From: the human T2T-CHM13v2.0 reference genome, Homo sapiens
NCBI RefSeq assembly: GCF_009914755.1
Contig: NC_060929.1
Reading direction: 5' to 3' (one strand)
DNA length: 64,000 nt
The position numbers and the translations under genes are program-made. Positions 15,576-32,399 of this stretch are shown one piece after another (within the stretch, counting starts at the first letter, position 1; each line of letters opens with the position of its first letter). The notes beneath the pieces are model-generated. The model was given only the letters and a program-made list of their open reading frames with translations, ran no database searches and was not told where the DNA came from.

Positions 15576-15799
15576 TTTGTAATATATATATATTTTTATT
15601 GTACTTTAAGTTCTGAGATACATATGTAGAAGGTGTAGGTTTGTTACATAGGTATACACATGCCATGGTGGTTTCCTGCACCCATCAACCCGTCATCTAC
15701 ATTAGGTAGATGTAGGACAGCATTATCTTCTAATGCTATCCCTCCCCTAGCCCTCCACCCCCTGACAAGTCCCGGTGTGTGATGTTCCCCTCCCTGTGT

Positions 15800-19637
<3,838 letters not shown>

Positions 19638-19700
19638 TATGGTGCTAGCTGGTTATTTTGCCTGTTAGTTGGTGCAGTTTCTTCATAGTGTCAATGGTCT

Positions 19701-20725
19701 TCACAATTTAGTATGTTTTTGCAATGGCTGGTACCGGTTTTTCCTTTCCATATTTAGTGCTTCCTTCAGGAGCTCTTGTAAGGCAGGCCTGGTGGTGACA
19801 AAATCTCTCAGCATTTGCTTGTCTATAAAGGGTTTTATTTCTCCTTCACTTATGAAGCTTAGCTTGGCTGGATATGAAATGCTGGGTTGAAAATTCTTTA
19901 AGAATGTTGAATATTGACCTCCACTGTTTTCTGGCTTACAAGCCAGCAGGGTTTCTACAGAGAGATCTGCTGTTAGTCTGATGGGCTTCCCTTTGTGGGT
20001 AACCCAACCTTTCTCTCTGGCTACCTTTAACATTTTTTCCTTCATTTCAACCTTGGTGAATCTGACGATTATGTGTCTTGGGGTTGCTTTTCTCGAGGAG
20101 TAACTTTGTGTTCTCTGTATTTCCTGAATTTGAATGTTGGCCTGCCTTGCTAGGTTGGGGAATTCCTCCTGGATAATATCCTGAAGGGTGTTTTCCAACT
20201 TGGTTCCATTCTCCCTGTCACTTTCAGGTACACCAATCAAACATAGATTTGGTCTTTTCATGTAGTGTCATATTTCTTGGAGACATTGTTTGTTCCTTTT
20301 CATTCTTTTTTCTCTAATCTTGTCTCCAAGCTTTATTTCATTAAGTTGAGCTTCAATCTCCGATATCCTTTCTTCTGCTTGATTGATTTGGCTATTGATA
20401 CTGTGTGTGCTTCATGAAGTTCTCCTGCTGTGTTTTTCAGCTCCATCAGGTCATTTATGTTCCTCTCTAAACTGGTTATTCTAGTTAGCAATTCCTCTGA
20501 CCTTTTATCAAGGCTCTTAGCTTCCTTGCATTGGGTTAGAACATGCTCCTTTAGCTCAGAGGAGTTTGTTATTACCCACCATCTGAAGCCTACTTCTGTC
20601 AATTCATCAAACTCATTCACCTTCCAGTTTTGTTCCCTTGCTTTTGAGGAACTGTGGACCTTTGGAGGAGAAGAGGCAGTCTGGCTTTTGGAATTTTCAG
20701 ACTTTTTGCACTGGTTTTTCCTCAT
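19701..20725 (-). pseudogene. L1 ORF1p remnant (frameshifted)
   Basis: ORFs 20333-20725 (MRKNQCKKSENSK...) and 19701-20261 (KRPNLCLIGVPE...YQPLQKHTKL) are the N- and C-terminal parts of ORF1p, separated by a frameshift and premature stop. Confidence 0.92.
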
Positions 20726-22733
20726 CTTTGTGGATTTATCTACCTTTGGCCTTTGGTGTTGGTGACCTTCAGATGGAGTTTTTGTGTGGACATCCTTATT
20801 GTCCTTGTTGATGCTATTCCTTTCTGATTGTTAGTTTTCCTTCTAACAGGCCCCTCTGCTGCAGGTCTTCTGGAGCTTGCTGGAGGTCCACTCCAGACCC
20901 CGTTTGCCTGGGTATCACCAGAGGAGGCTGCAGAACAGCAAAGATTGCTGCCTGTTCCTTCCTCTGGAAGGTTCGTCCCAGAGGGGCACCCGCCAGATGC
21001 CAGCCAGAGCTCTCCTGTATGAGATGTCTGTTGACCCGTGCTGGGAGGTGTCTCCCAGTTAGGAGGCACGGGGGTCAGGGACCCGCTTGAGGAGGCAGTC
21101 TGTCTCTTATCAGAGCTCGAGCACTGTGCTGGGAGATCTGCTGCTCTATTCAGAGCTGGCAGGCATGAACGTTTAAGTCTGCTGAAGCTGTGCTCACAGC
21201 CACCCCTTCCCCCAGGTGCTCTGTCCCAGGGAGATGGGAGTTTTATCTATAAGCCCCTGACTGGGGCTGTTGCCTTTCTTTCAGAGATGCCCTGCTCAGA
21301 GAGGAGTAATCTAGAGAGGCAGTCTGGCCACAGTGACTTTGCCATGTTGTGGTGGGCTCTGCCCAGTTTGAACTTCCAGGTGGGTTTGTTTACACTGTGA
21401 GGGGTAAACCGCCTACTCAAGTCTCAATAATGGCAGACGCCTCTGCCCCGACTAAGCTCCAGCATCCCAGGTTGACTTCAGACTGCTGTGCTGGCAGCAA
21501 ATATTCAAGCCAGTGGACCTTAGCTTGCTGGGCTCCATGGCGGTGGGATCCACTGAGTGAGCTAGACCACCTGGCTCCCTGGCTTCAGCCCCCTTTCCAG
21601 GGGAGTGAACGGTTCTGTCTCACTGGTGTTCCAGGTGCCTCTAGGGTATGAGAAAAAACTCCTGCAGCTAGGTTGGTGTCTGCCCAAACGGCCACCCAGT
21701 TTTGTGCTTGAAACCCAGGGACCTGGTGGTATAGGCACCCGAGGGAATCTCCTGGTCTGCGGGTTGCAAAGACCATGGGAAAAGTGTAGTATCTGGGCTG
21801 GGTGGCACCATCCCTCACAGCACAGTCCCTCACAACTTCCCTTGGCTACAGGAGGGAGTTCCTCAACCCCTTACGCTTCCTAGGTGAGATGATGCCCCAC
21901 CCTGCTTCTGCTCACCCTTTGTTGGCTACACTCGCTATCTCACCAGTCCCAATGAGATGAGCCAGGTACCTCGGTTGGAAATGCAGAAATCACCCGCCTT
22001 CTGCGTTGATCTCGCTGGGAGCTGCAGACTGGATCTGTTCCTATTCGGCCATCTTGCCATCCACCTCCTTTGTAATATTTTTACTCTTTTAAAGTCACTG
22101 CTCAAAATATCAATCATACCATATTCAACTATAGGTAGAAGAATGTATTTTTAGGCGAAATACCATTTTAAAAATCAGCTTTTGCTTGGGAGTTTAAATA
22201 TAGTTTTGACAATTTATATCAATATGAGCTTTAAAAAATGTTCTCAGGAGTAGTTTTGTACACAGAAAGAAATTATTCAGAGGTTACTTTCAGTTTTAAT
22301 AATACTTATTAACCTTAACAAATTCATAAACCCGGTTCTTTCTTAGAATTCTAAATTCAACATACAAATCAAATTAAGTCGCTTAAATGGAGGGACTGAA
22401 ACAATTAAATTTCCTATAGTACAAGCACTCCTCACTTTGCAGATTACCATGGTAATAATTCATGTTTATAGAAACCATGTTTATCACTTTGCACAGTTCA
22501 GTGGTTGCTGAGATCTATTAATGTGGTACCCTATAAAACAAGCAGTGCCTGTATTTTAAACGGAATTTATATATTTAATATGTTTTATTTTTATGCTCAT
22601 ATTTTGGCATACTTTCTCAAATTTTTAAATATCTCTTAATTTTTAGAAGTTCATATATTATGGTTACTCTTAAGTTATCTTAAGTATTCTAATAGTGTAG
22701 GCAAATTTTCCTTTACTTTTCAGCTTAAAAAGT

Positions 22734-22993
22734 CAGGTGGATCACGAGGTCAGAAGTTTGAGACCAGCCTGGCCAACATGGTGAAACCCCGTCTCTACTA
22801 AAGATACAAAAAATTAGCCGGGCATGGTGGTGCGCGCCTGTAATCCCAGCTACTTGGGAGGCTGAGGCAGGAGAATCACTTGAACCCCAGGCGGGGAGGG
22901 GAGTGGAGGTTGCTGTGAGTTGAAATCACACCTTTGTACTCCAGCCTGGGTGACAGGGTGAGACTTCGTCTCCAACAACAACAACAAGAAAAA
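22734..22993 (+). mobile_element. 5'-truncated AluS (Sg-like) with (CAA)n tail
   Basis: ggatcacgaggtcagaagtttgagaccagcctggcc...; tail caacaacaacaacaag. Confidence 0.88.
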
Positions 22994-23559
22994 TCCCATT
23001 CCAATTGGATATTCACGTTTACATAGATTTATAAAAGCCTAGTCTGTTAAGTATTCTTACAATACCACATTTTTTAAGGCTTAAGTATTTAAATATCAAC
23101 TATACAGAGTCTTTCTAAACTTAACATGAAAATATTAATATTATAGGTTCACATCATAATTTCTGTTACTTTAAATTTTTCTGGGTTAAAAAATCACTTA
23201 ACTAGTAAGGCAACCATTTTTTTTTCCTAGTTTCTGAGGTTATTACATGTTGACTTGAGAGGCCCTGGCCTGATCCCAAGACTGATTCTTTACTAACACA
23301 CTGATAGGAACACTGATACAGACATTCTATCACATAGAAAAATGGTTGATCTCAGAGTTCTTCCTGGGTTGAAATCATAGCCATATAACTTAATATTATG
23401 AACTTAACTATTATTACTTCTTTCTACTTCCAGAAGTCTGCACTAACATGACGGCCAGCATAATTTACCATGTTAGTTGTATTTCCATTTCTTCTGCTTT
23501 CTTGAGATATTTCATTATCTTCCTCCTGGTTCCAAAGACAACATTAATGACTTTCCATT

Positions 23560-24144
23560 TGTATTAGTCAGTGTTCTCCAGAGAGACAGACCTGACAGGA
23601 TATATGTATATATGAAGGGGAGTTAGTTTATTAGGGAGAATTGGCTCACACAATCACAAGGCAAAGTCCTACAATAGGCCGTCTGCAAGCTGGGGAAGAA
23701 AGAAGCCAGTAGTGGCTCAGTCCGAGTCCAAAAGCCTCAAAAACAGGGAAGCCAACAGTGCAGCCTTCAGTCTGTGGTCAAAGGCCAGAGAGTTCCCTGG
23801 CAAACCACTGGTGTAAATCCAAGAGTCCAAAGGCTGAAGAACCTGGAGTCTGATGTTTCAGGGCAGGAGGAACCAAAGGAAGCAATCAGTATGGGAGAAA
23901 GATGAAAGCCAGAAGACTCAGCAAGCAAGGTTATTTAACCTTCTTTTGCCTGCTTTGTTCTAGCCACGCTGGCAGCCAGTTGGATGGTGCCCACCCACAT
24001 TGAGGGCAGGTTTTCCTCTCCCAGTCCACTGACTCAAATGTCAATCTCCTCTGGCAACACCCTCAAAGACACACCCAGAAACAATACTTTACCAGCTATC
24101 TAGGCGTCCTTCACTCAAGTTAACAGCTAATATTAACCATCACC
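23560..24144 (-). mobile_element. MLT2B-like solo LTR (ERVL)
   Basis: tgtattagtcagtgttctccagagagacag ... taatattaaccatcac termini typical of MLT2. Confidence 0.85.
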
Positions 24145-24636
24145 GTGTTGAATACTTTTGTTAATTTATTTTGTTCTCCTTAAATTTTATCATTTGATTT
24201 AGGTGGATGAAATACTTTAAAGAATGGTGTGAAAAGCCTGTGTTTGTAGTTAGTTCTTTTTCTATTTCTTCACTTAAAAGGAAGTTTTGAATGAGATTTT
24301 AACTGTTAACAGTAGATTTATGTGGGTGCTGTAAGTATGGACAGTTCAAATTTTTGCTTTATACTTTTCTGTATTTTCCATATTTTCTAAATGATCACTT
24401 CTTACTACATTAGAAATAATATATTATTTGTTGTTGATGTGGGTTCTGGAATTAGATTTTTGAGATTTGAATCAGGACTCTACCATTAAGTGTTAGTGGT
24501 TAACCTTTTGCTTTAGATTACTCTTCTGCAAATGGTTGATGATAAAAGTAGTTGCCTTATGGGATTACTGCAAAGGCTCAAATAAAATAATATACTTAAA
24601 GCAGTCGGAACAGTGGTAATGCCACAATACTGTGTA

Positions 24637-25124
24637 GAGTTGACTCTTGAACAACACAGGTTTGAACTGTGTGGGTCAACTTATACACAGATTTTTTAAG
24701 ATAAAGATTACACTGAGTGTACCTGCCTCTCGTGCCTCCCATTCCACCTCCTCCACTTCTTCCACCTCTGCCACCCCTGAGACAGCAAAACCAACCCCTC
24801 ATCTTCCTTAGTCTACTCAATGTGAAGACGAAGATAAAGATATTTATGATGAACCATTTCCACTAAATGAAGAGTAAATATATGTTCTCTTCCTTATGAT
24901 TTTCTTAATAACATTTCTTCTCTAGCTCGTTTTATTGTAAGATTGCAGTATAGAATACATATAACAAAAAATGTGTACTAGTCGACTGTTTATGTTATCG
25001 GTAAGGCTTCTGGTCAACAGCAGGCCATTGTAGTTAGGTTTTTAGTGAGTCAAAAGTTGTACGCAGATTTTCAACTGTGTGGAGAGTCAGCATCCCAACC
25101 CCACTGTTGTTCAAAGATCACCTG
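24637..25124 (+). mobile_element. Tigger2a (MER28) non-autonomous DNA transposon
   Basis: TA|GAGTTGACTCTTGAACAAC ... GTTGTTCAAAGATCACCTG|TA. Internal sequence matches the 3' part of the Tigger2 at 3480-3824. Confidence 0.88.
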
Positions 25125-27599
25125 TACCAAGTAAATGCTAGCTGTTATTATAATTAACTTTCTATAAATCACAGAGAAGGAATCATTAATGTAAACTCTT
25201 TCAGAATTATTATGACATGATATAGAAGGTAGATGGTCCTTTCTTCAGCTCTTAATTTCTCTATATTGACGTTGAGTTCATTATGTGTTAAGTGCATGGT
25301 ACATAGTAAATGCACAATAAATGACTGTTTTTGCTAACATTGTCATCACTGGCATGTGAGTGTCCAAGTGAGGTTTAATAGAAATCCAGTCCAGAATGCA
25401 GTCATATATTGAGTCAAGTGCTATTTACATATCTTAAACACCATACTTTAAAGATTCTTAATAGTACATGCAGTGGGTACCTATTGGAGAGTGTACCTAG
25501 GCTACATTCATAATTGTTCTTCAAAGGTAAATGATGTGATTTTACGTTCAGTTTGTCTTCCCTAGCTCTGCTGGTACATTCAATATTTGTAATGGTATTT
25601 TTTAGTTATTGGTTTGAGTTAAACCAAGATATTTCTCTCTAGAACATCTTGCTGGTGATAAAAAAATAATTTTTTGGCTTCAGCATATTAGTATCCTTAA
25701 ATTTATGCCTCCTATTTTTGCACTAAAGACTTTTCGTATCTTATAACATGTCAGTGTAACCCTTTTTTTTTTCATTTATTATTGTAGATTCAAAACAGCA
25801 GGATCTGTTTCTCCTGAATTTTAACAGAAATTTCTAAACCCAGAAACCAATTTTTTTTTTTACTTAGAAACTCAAAAAGGGGTCTGCCAAATAAGTGGTA
25901 TTGTTTAAGGGTAATTTGTGGTATTTTTATTTTATCTTGTGTACATTTTTATTTCTCCGTGTGTTTGGTATTATAATACTAGCTAATGTATATTGAGTGT
26001 TTTCTTTTGTGAGACATTGTTGTAAGCCCTTTATATTTATTCATTTAATCACTAAAACAACTCTATGATATAGTTACCATTATTATGCCCAGATAAGAAA
26101 CTGAGGCTTAGTGTTAAATAACTTGCCCTGGATCTCAGAGTTAGAGGCAAGGCTAGAATTTAAGTATACACATGCTAAAGTTTGTGCTCTTGAGTACTAA
26201 CTACAAAGCTGTCATATAATAGATACCTGTTACTCTTTGTGGCCTGGATGTATAGGTTACTCTTTGTGGCTTGGATGTAAAGATAAAGAAAACACAAGCA
26301 TGTTTTATAACTAGAATAGCATGGGAAAGGAGGACTCTTTATATTTGGAGGAGGCATTTTTCGAAATCTATTTACTTTTTATATTTATTTTTTGAATACT
26401 AGGTAATTAAAATGCAGGACAATTTAAAATATTATTCTTTTTGTAAATTGGAAGTAATTTTTCTCCCACCAGCTTTTGAATTCCTTGAGGACAGAGTTTA
26501 GGTCTTTGGTTTTATATCCCTGGCACCTGAGTAGCTACTCAGTAGTAGTTAGATACCTGTTATATTGAAATTGGCTTTAAACTTTATATCATTTTAAAGT
26601 TGAAGCACAAGAGGGTGCTGTTTACTATGATACTTCTAGGTCTTAGCTCCTTTTATCTTTCTACTTGTGAAATAATAATGCAACAGCAATTTTTTTATTG
26701 TTGTTATGGTTAGAACCATCGAGACTCTAATTTTTCCCCCTTAATTTCTTCACTTCAGATTGTCAGTTATTTGTTTTTTGTTGGCCTTGTGCATGTAACA
26801 GATCATCAGTGTGTGATGGACCTTAGGGCTCTAGATTTCTGATGATATTAAATAATTTTTGCTAAATCAAAAGAAAATTAGAAAGTCTTTTGAAGAAGGT
26901 TTGTTGATTTTTTAAAACTGAACAGAGTATCTGAGTGCTTTAAATTTTAAGAATTTTTTTCATAAATTAATAACATGCAGTTATAATGACATTTTGTTGC
27001 AGGGTACTTTTTTTATAGTATTCACATTTTTTTACATGTGATATTGTTCTGGATTAAATGTGGACAGCATTTTTTTCTTCCTAAGTTAACAAATTACAGT
27101 GTCTTGGTAGTTGTGGCATGTAGTTATCTTCCTTTTATATCAGTATTTATCAGCAGAATTATAATTTTCTATTTCTATTTTAATTTTATAATTATCATGT
27201 ATTTTGAACAGCCAGATAAATAATTCTGGCTGCCATTTATTAAATGGGTCTTCGGAACTGTGCTGGGCACTCTATCTAAATTGTTTAACTCAATTTTTAT
27301 GATAATCCAGAAAAGTAAGTAGTTTTATCTCTATCTTATAGTTCTGAGATTTAAAGGAGTTAAATGATACTTGAGGCCACAGAGCAGGGATTTGAAGGCA
27401 TGTATGTCTTCCTGGTTTCAAAGCATGTATCCTCAACACAGTACTGTGCTGCCTCTATAGGCAACCCATGTTTTTTACCACTCCATACTTTACCAGAGGC
27501 ACACTTAATGCTATCACGAACTTTTTTTTCTTTTTTGCCCAATATAATCTGCACATTTAGTAGGTTCTGCTGATCTTTTATAAATACATGTAAGTGAAG

Positions 27600-29040
27600 G
27601 GGAACTATTTAGACAGCATTTTTACCAAGATGGTCTTCTCATGGTTAAAAAAGTATGACTGCAACATATAGGTAATCAATGGAACTAGAAAAATTAAGAA
27701 AGAAAAAATAAAGGCATACTGGAAATTGTATTCTGATTAGTAAATCTAATAATGATTTAAAATCAAGTAAGACCACTCCACGTCATACACAGAAATCAAT
27801 TTCAGATAAATTTGGTCCAAACATGAAGAGTAAAATAATAAAGCTTTTGTTTTCTTCTGAGTGAATCTCTTTCCTGACCTTGCTGTAAGCCAAGATTCCT
27901 TAAAGTGGACATAAAACAATGTTAACTACAAAGAAGAAAACTGAAAAATTGGATTTTATTGGAATGGAAAAATTCTGTTCTTCCAAGGGCACTGTTAGGA
28001 GAATGAAAAGGCAAGCCACAGAACTGGCAAAGGTATTTGTAATACATATGACAAAAGACTGTAGCTAGACTATATAAAGAATTCCTATACATCAATAAGA
28101 AAATACAGACCCTTGTAATCCCAGCTACTCAGGTGTCTGAGGTGGAAGGATTGCTTGAGCCCAGGAGTTTGAGACCAGCCTGGGCAACATAGTGAAACCA
28201 TGTCTTTAAAAAAAAATGATAAAAAGACCAATAGAAAATGAGCAGAAATCTTGAACAGGCATTATGAAAATAGATATCTAAATGGGTAATACAAATGAAA
28301 AGGTACGCAGTCTTATATCAGAGAAGTACAAATTAATACCATCATATACCACCACACACCCTTGAGTATGGTTAAAGTTAAAAGATGGATAACATAAGGT
28401 GGTGAAAAGGCTATGGAACTACAGAAACTCTCATATACTGCTATTTAAAGTCTAAGTGCGTATAATCGTTTTGAAAGTCTATTTGACACTGTATACTAAA
28501 GCTTAACCTACACGACTCTTTGACCTAGCAGTTCTACTCCAAGTATACAATCAGTAGATATGTGTATACGTATATATATGTTCACTAAAAGATGTGTAAG
28601 AAATGTTCTTAACAGTACTAATTGTAATGGCACCATACTGGAAACAACACAAATTTATGTCACCAGTAGAATGGACACACTGTGATATTCTAATTCAGTG
28701 GCATACTGTACAACTAAGAATGATTAGCTGTTGTATTATGTAATAACCTGAATAAATCTCACAAAAAATAACAATGAATAAAAGAAGCCACTCACAAAAG
28801 AGCATGTATCCTATAATCTCATTTTAATATGGTTCAGACATAGATAAAATGTATTCATAGTGTTAGGAAGTTGGGTATTGGTTACCTTTGATGGTTGATA
28901 AGTGACTGATGGACTCTGAGAAGGCTTCTATAATGCTGGTAATGTTAAAACATGATTTGAGTGTTGATTATACAGAAAAATTTATGTTATATGTTATGAT
29001 TTTTGTACTTTTCTATGTGTATGTTACACTTAAGTAAATA
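27600..29040 (+). mobile_element. Old L1M (L1ME-like) ORF2-end/3' UTR remnant containing an Alu fragment (~28114-28216)
   Basis: gaatgaaaaggcaagccacagaactgg, ctggaaacaacacaaat and aaaagaagccactcacaaaagag are diverged L1 3' motifs. Confidence 0.7.
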
Positions 29041-29615
29041 CTTAGGTGGGGGTGGAACTTAAGTGGCTTTATTTTCCATAACTTTTAACTATGATTTTCT
29101 AAATAAGTATTCAAATGATTTCTAAGTTAAAGACTATTTTAAAAGTAAATATTTTCTTCTTTCTCAATGGAAATGTCACCAGTAACTTGAGTTGTTTCCG
29201 GAGCTCTGGTATCATCCCAGGCTGTCTAGTTTCTTTAAGCAGATGTGCCCATTAATAGGGGTCTAGGAAAAGACCTTTCCCAGCTGTTTCATCAGGGCTG
29301 CCCTGGTAACAGTGAAAATTTTCCTCTCTTCACTCCTATTATTACTCTCTCCAAAAAGTTAATATTTGTTAATTGCTTACTCTGTGTTCAAGCAGCATTA
29401 CCCCATTCAGTCCTCATAACAGGAGTCTGTTGTATCAAAGAGGAAAAATGTATCTGAATTAGTTAGAAATAGAATGAGTAAAGTCATTTCAGGCACCATG
29501 TCACCAGGGCCTTGAGGAGAAATAGATAAAGTTGGGAGTTTGGGTGGATACTAAATGATACTAATTTTTTACCTACCAAAAAATTAAACTAAAATCTCAC
29601 TTGTGGCTGACCTGT

Positions 29616-29990
29616 TGTAAAGGGAACATACAAGATTTTTTTTGCCTCTACTTCCACAGTCACTCAGTACAATACATCTGACACCAGATATTTGGGAGTT
29701 TGTCCCCCACACACCAAGCAGTTCTCCTGCTGGGTGTCCTGTAATTCAGTGCTGACAGTATCTACGTGGGGATAGTATCAGATCCCATGACACAGTCCCA
29801 CAAGGCTGCCCCCACTTCAGATGCCAGTTGCAAGTAGTAGGTTGTGACCTGTACTTTTGATTGAGTGATGGTAAATTGGGATTCTTGTGACCCCCCTCCT
29901 CAGTTTGATTAATTTCTCAGAGCACTTTACAGAACTCAGGGGAACACATTTACCCACTTATTATAAAGAATATTACAAAGGATACAGATG
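29616..29990 (-). mobile_element. MER21-like LTR, truncated
   Basis: ctgacaccaga...cacaccaagcagttctcc...cagtcccacaaggctgcccccacttcagatgcca; ends abruptly at GATACAGATG. Confidence 0.75.
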
Positions 29991-30366
29991 GGTGGGACCC
30001 TCATGGAGAACCTCTACTAGGGCAGTGTGGAAGGGAAATGTGGGGTCAGAGCCCCCACACAGAGTCCGTACTGGGGCACTGCCTCGTGGAGTTATGAGAA
30101 GAGGGCCATGATCCTCCAGACCCCAGAATGATAGATCCACTGACAGCTTGCACTGTATTCCTGGAAAAGCCACAGACGCTCAACACCAGCCTGTGAAAGC
30201 AGCCAGGAGGGAGGCTGTACCCTGCAAAGCCACAGGGTTGGAGCTGCCCAAGGCCGTGGGAGCCCACCTCTTGCATCAGAGTGACCTGGATGTGAGACAT
30301 GGAGTCAAAGGAGATCATTTTGGAGCTTTAAGATTTGACTCCCCCACTGGATTTCAGACTTTCATG
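29991..30366 (+). mobile_element. THE1/MST (MaLR) internal fragment without LTRs
   Basis: ccctcatggagaacctctactagggcagtg...gagacatggagtcaaaggagatcattttggagctttaagatttgac. Confidence 0.85.
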
Positions 30367-30370
30367 CACC

Positions 30371-31364
30371 CTAATAATTTAACCAAAAAATGGGCAAAAG
30401 ATTTGAATAGACATTTCTCAAAAGAAGACATACAAATGCCAAACAGGCATATGAAAAGGTGTTCAACATCATTGATCATCAGGGAAATGTAAATCAAAAC
30501 TGCAGTGAGATATCATCTCATTCCAGTTAAAATGGCTTATTTGCAAAGTCAGGCAATAATAAATGCTGGCAAGGATGTGGAGAAAAGGGAACCCTTGTAC
30601 ACTTGGTGAGAACATAAATTAGCACAGCCACCATGGGGAGCGGTTTGGAGGTTCCTCAAAAAACTAAAAATAGAGCTACCATAGGATCCAGCTCACTGCT
30701 GGGTATATATTCAAAAGAAAAGAAATCAGTGTGTCAAAGAGATATCTGCACTCCCATATTTGTTGCAGCACTGTTTAGAATATCCAAGATTTGGAAGCAA
30801 CCTAAGTGTTCATCAGCAGACGAATAATGGATAAAGAAAATGTGGTACATATACACAATGGAGTACGAGCAAAAAGAATGATATTGTCATTTGCAGCAAC
30901 ATGGATGGATAGAACTGGAGATCTTTATGTTAAGTGAAAGAAGCCAGACACAGAAAGACAAACATCATATGTTCTCCTTACTTTTAGGATCTAAAAGTCA
31001 AAACAGTTGAACTCATGGACATAGAGAGTAGAAGGATAGTTGCTAGAGACTTGGAAGGGTAGTGGAGGGTTGGAGAAAGGTGAAGATGGTTGTGGAGATG
31101 GTTAATGGATAAAAAAAATAGAATGAATAAGACCTACTATTTGATAGCTCAATAGGGTGATTATAGTCAATAATCATTGAATTGCACATTCAAAAATAAG
31201 TAAAAATGTATAATTGGATTGTTTGTAACACAAAGGATAAATGCTTGAGGGGATGGATACCCCATTTTCCTTGAAGTGATTATCATGCATTGCATGCCTG
31301 TATCAAAACATCTCATGTACCCCACAGATATATATACCTATTGTATACCCACAGAAATTAAAAT
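30371..31364 (+). mobile_element. L1MA-like 3' end (~1 kb)
   Basis: ORF2 C-terminal [18 protein letters not shown] and L1MA-type 3' UTR (ggataaatgcttgaggggatggatacccc) ending in an A-rich tail. Confidence 0.88.
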
Positions 31365-31978
31365 AAATTATAGCTAGACAAAATTAACTGTATATATTAA
31401 CTATAATAATTTTGTTGTCACCTCCTTGTGGTGAGGTCAAGTGTTTTGAGTATCTGCTTAAATTGCTATGTCCTGCTAATAATTTCCCCATAAGCAAAAA
31501 GTAATCCCTTCTGGTTCTTGTGTATTTTTCATCATGTTTACTCAATATCGTAATCCTTGAATAACACCACAGTAACTCCCATACCAAGTGCCACTAGCGA
31601 TGGTGGAAGTGCCCCCAAGAAGCAGAGAGTGTCATGACATTACCAGCAAAAGTTGAATCACTTGATATGTACCTTAGATTGAAATCTGCAGCTGTGGTTG
31701 CTTTCCATTTCAAGATAAGTGGATGTAGCATATAGACCATTGTACAACAAGAAAAGGAAATTTTTAGGAAATTTCATGAAGTCGTACCCCAGCAGGCATG
31801 AAAACGTTATTTCACATTTTTTGCGAAATATGAAATATGTGTTAATCAACTATGTCATTGGTAAGGTTTCCATCGATAGTAAACTATTAGTAGATTTGGG
31901 GAAGTCAAAGTTAGGCATGGATTTTCAACTGCCTGGAAGGCTGGAGTCCCTAACCCTACGTTGTTCAAGGATGAACTG
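31365..31978 (+). mobile_element. Tigger2b-like internal-deletion derivative, left end missing
   Basis: Homologous to Tigger2 positions ~945-2060 of this window, then jumps to the right end GTTGTTCAAGGATGAACTG|TA. Confidence 0.8.
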
Positions 31979-32130
31979 TAGTTACATGTCCACTTAGCCA
32001 TCTAACATTGATGCCAGGAAGAAACCTTAGATTGTGGATTTGTAGAAACGTGCCCTACATAGGAGCAACTATAGCAAGAAGCCTCTTGTTTACATTTTAC
32101 CCCTTTCCCCATAGGATCACCTGTGAATAG

Positions 32131-32303
32131 TGGGATGACTATTCATTTCAATAAACTAGGGATAGTCCTGGTTTATAGCTGTTGTTCCAGGCTGTTATTA
32201 CATTATAATAATGTTGCATACTATTATATAATTTATTATTAATAGCTGTTCCTTTTTACTTTTAATACTACCCCATTTAGGATAATAAATTACATGGTCC
32301 CTT
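32131..32303 (-). mobile_element. MER94-like hAT-Blackjack MITE (diverged)
   Basis: gggatagtcctggtttatagctgttgttcc ... ggataataaattacatggtccct. Confidence 0.5.
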
Positions 32304-32399
32304 TATCTTAAGTTACCACTGAAAAGGGTGGTGAGAATAGAAATGGGAATAGAATAGTCAGTGACAACTATGCAAGTTGGAATTTAAGAGATTGATTTT

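Noticed and set aside
26229-26282. 27-bp tandem duplication (LYIQATKSN x2 in the ORF track)
   Set aside because: Two adjacent copies with no spacer: ordinary slippage duplication, not an array or coding repeat.
30148-30492. 114-aa ORF fusing MaLR internal sequence in frame to the L1 ORF2 C-terminus
   Set aside because: TTG start, short, and in-frame joining has a 1-in-3 chance. No promoter or splice support.
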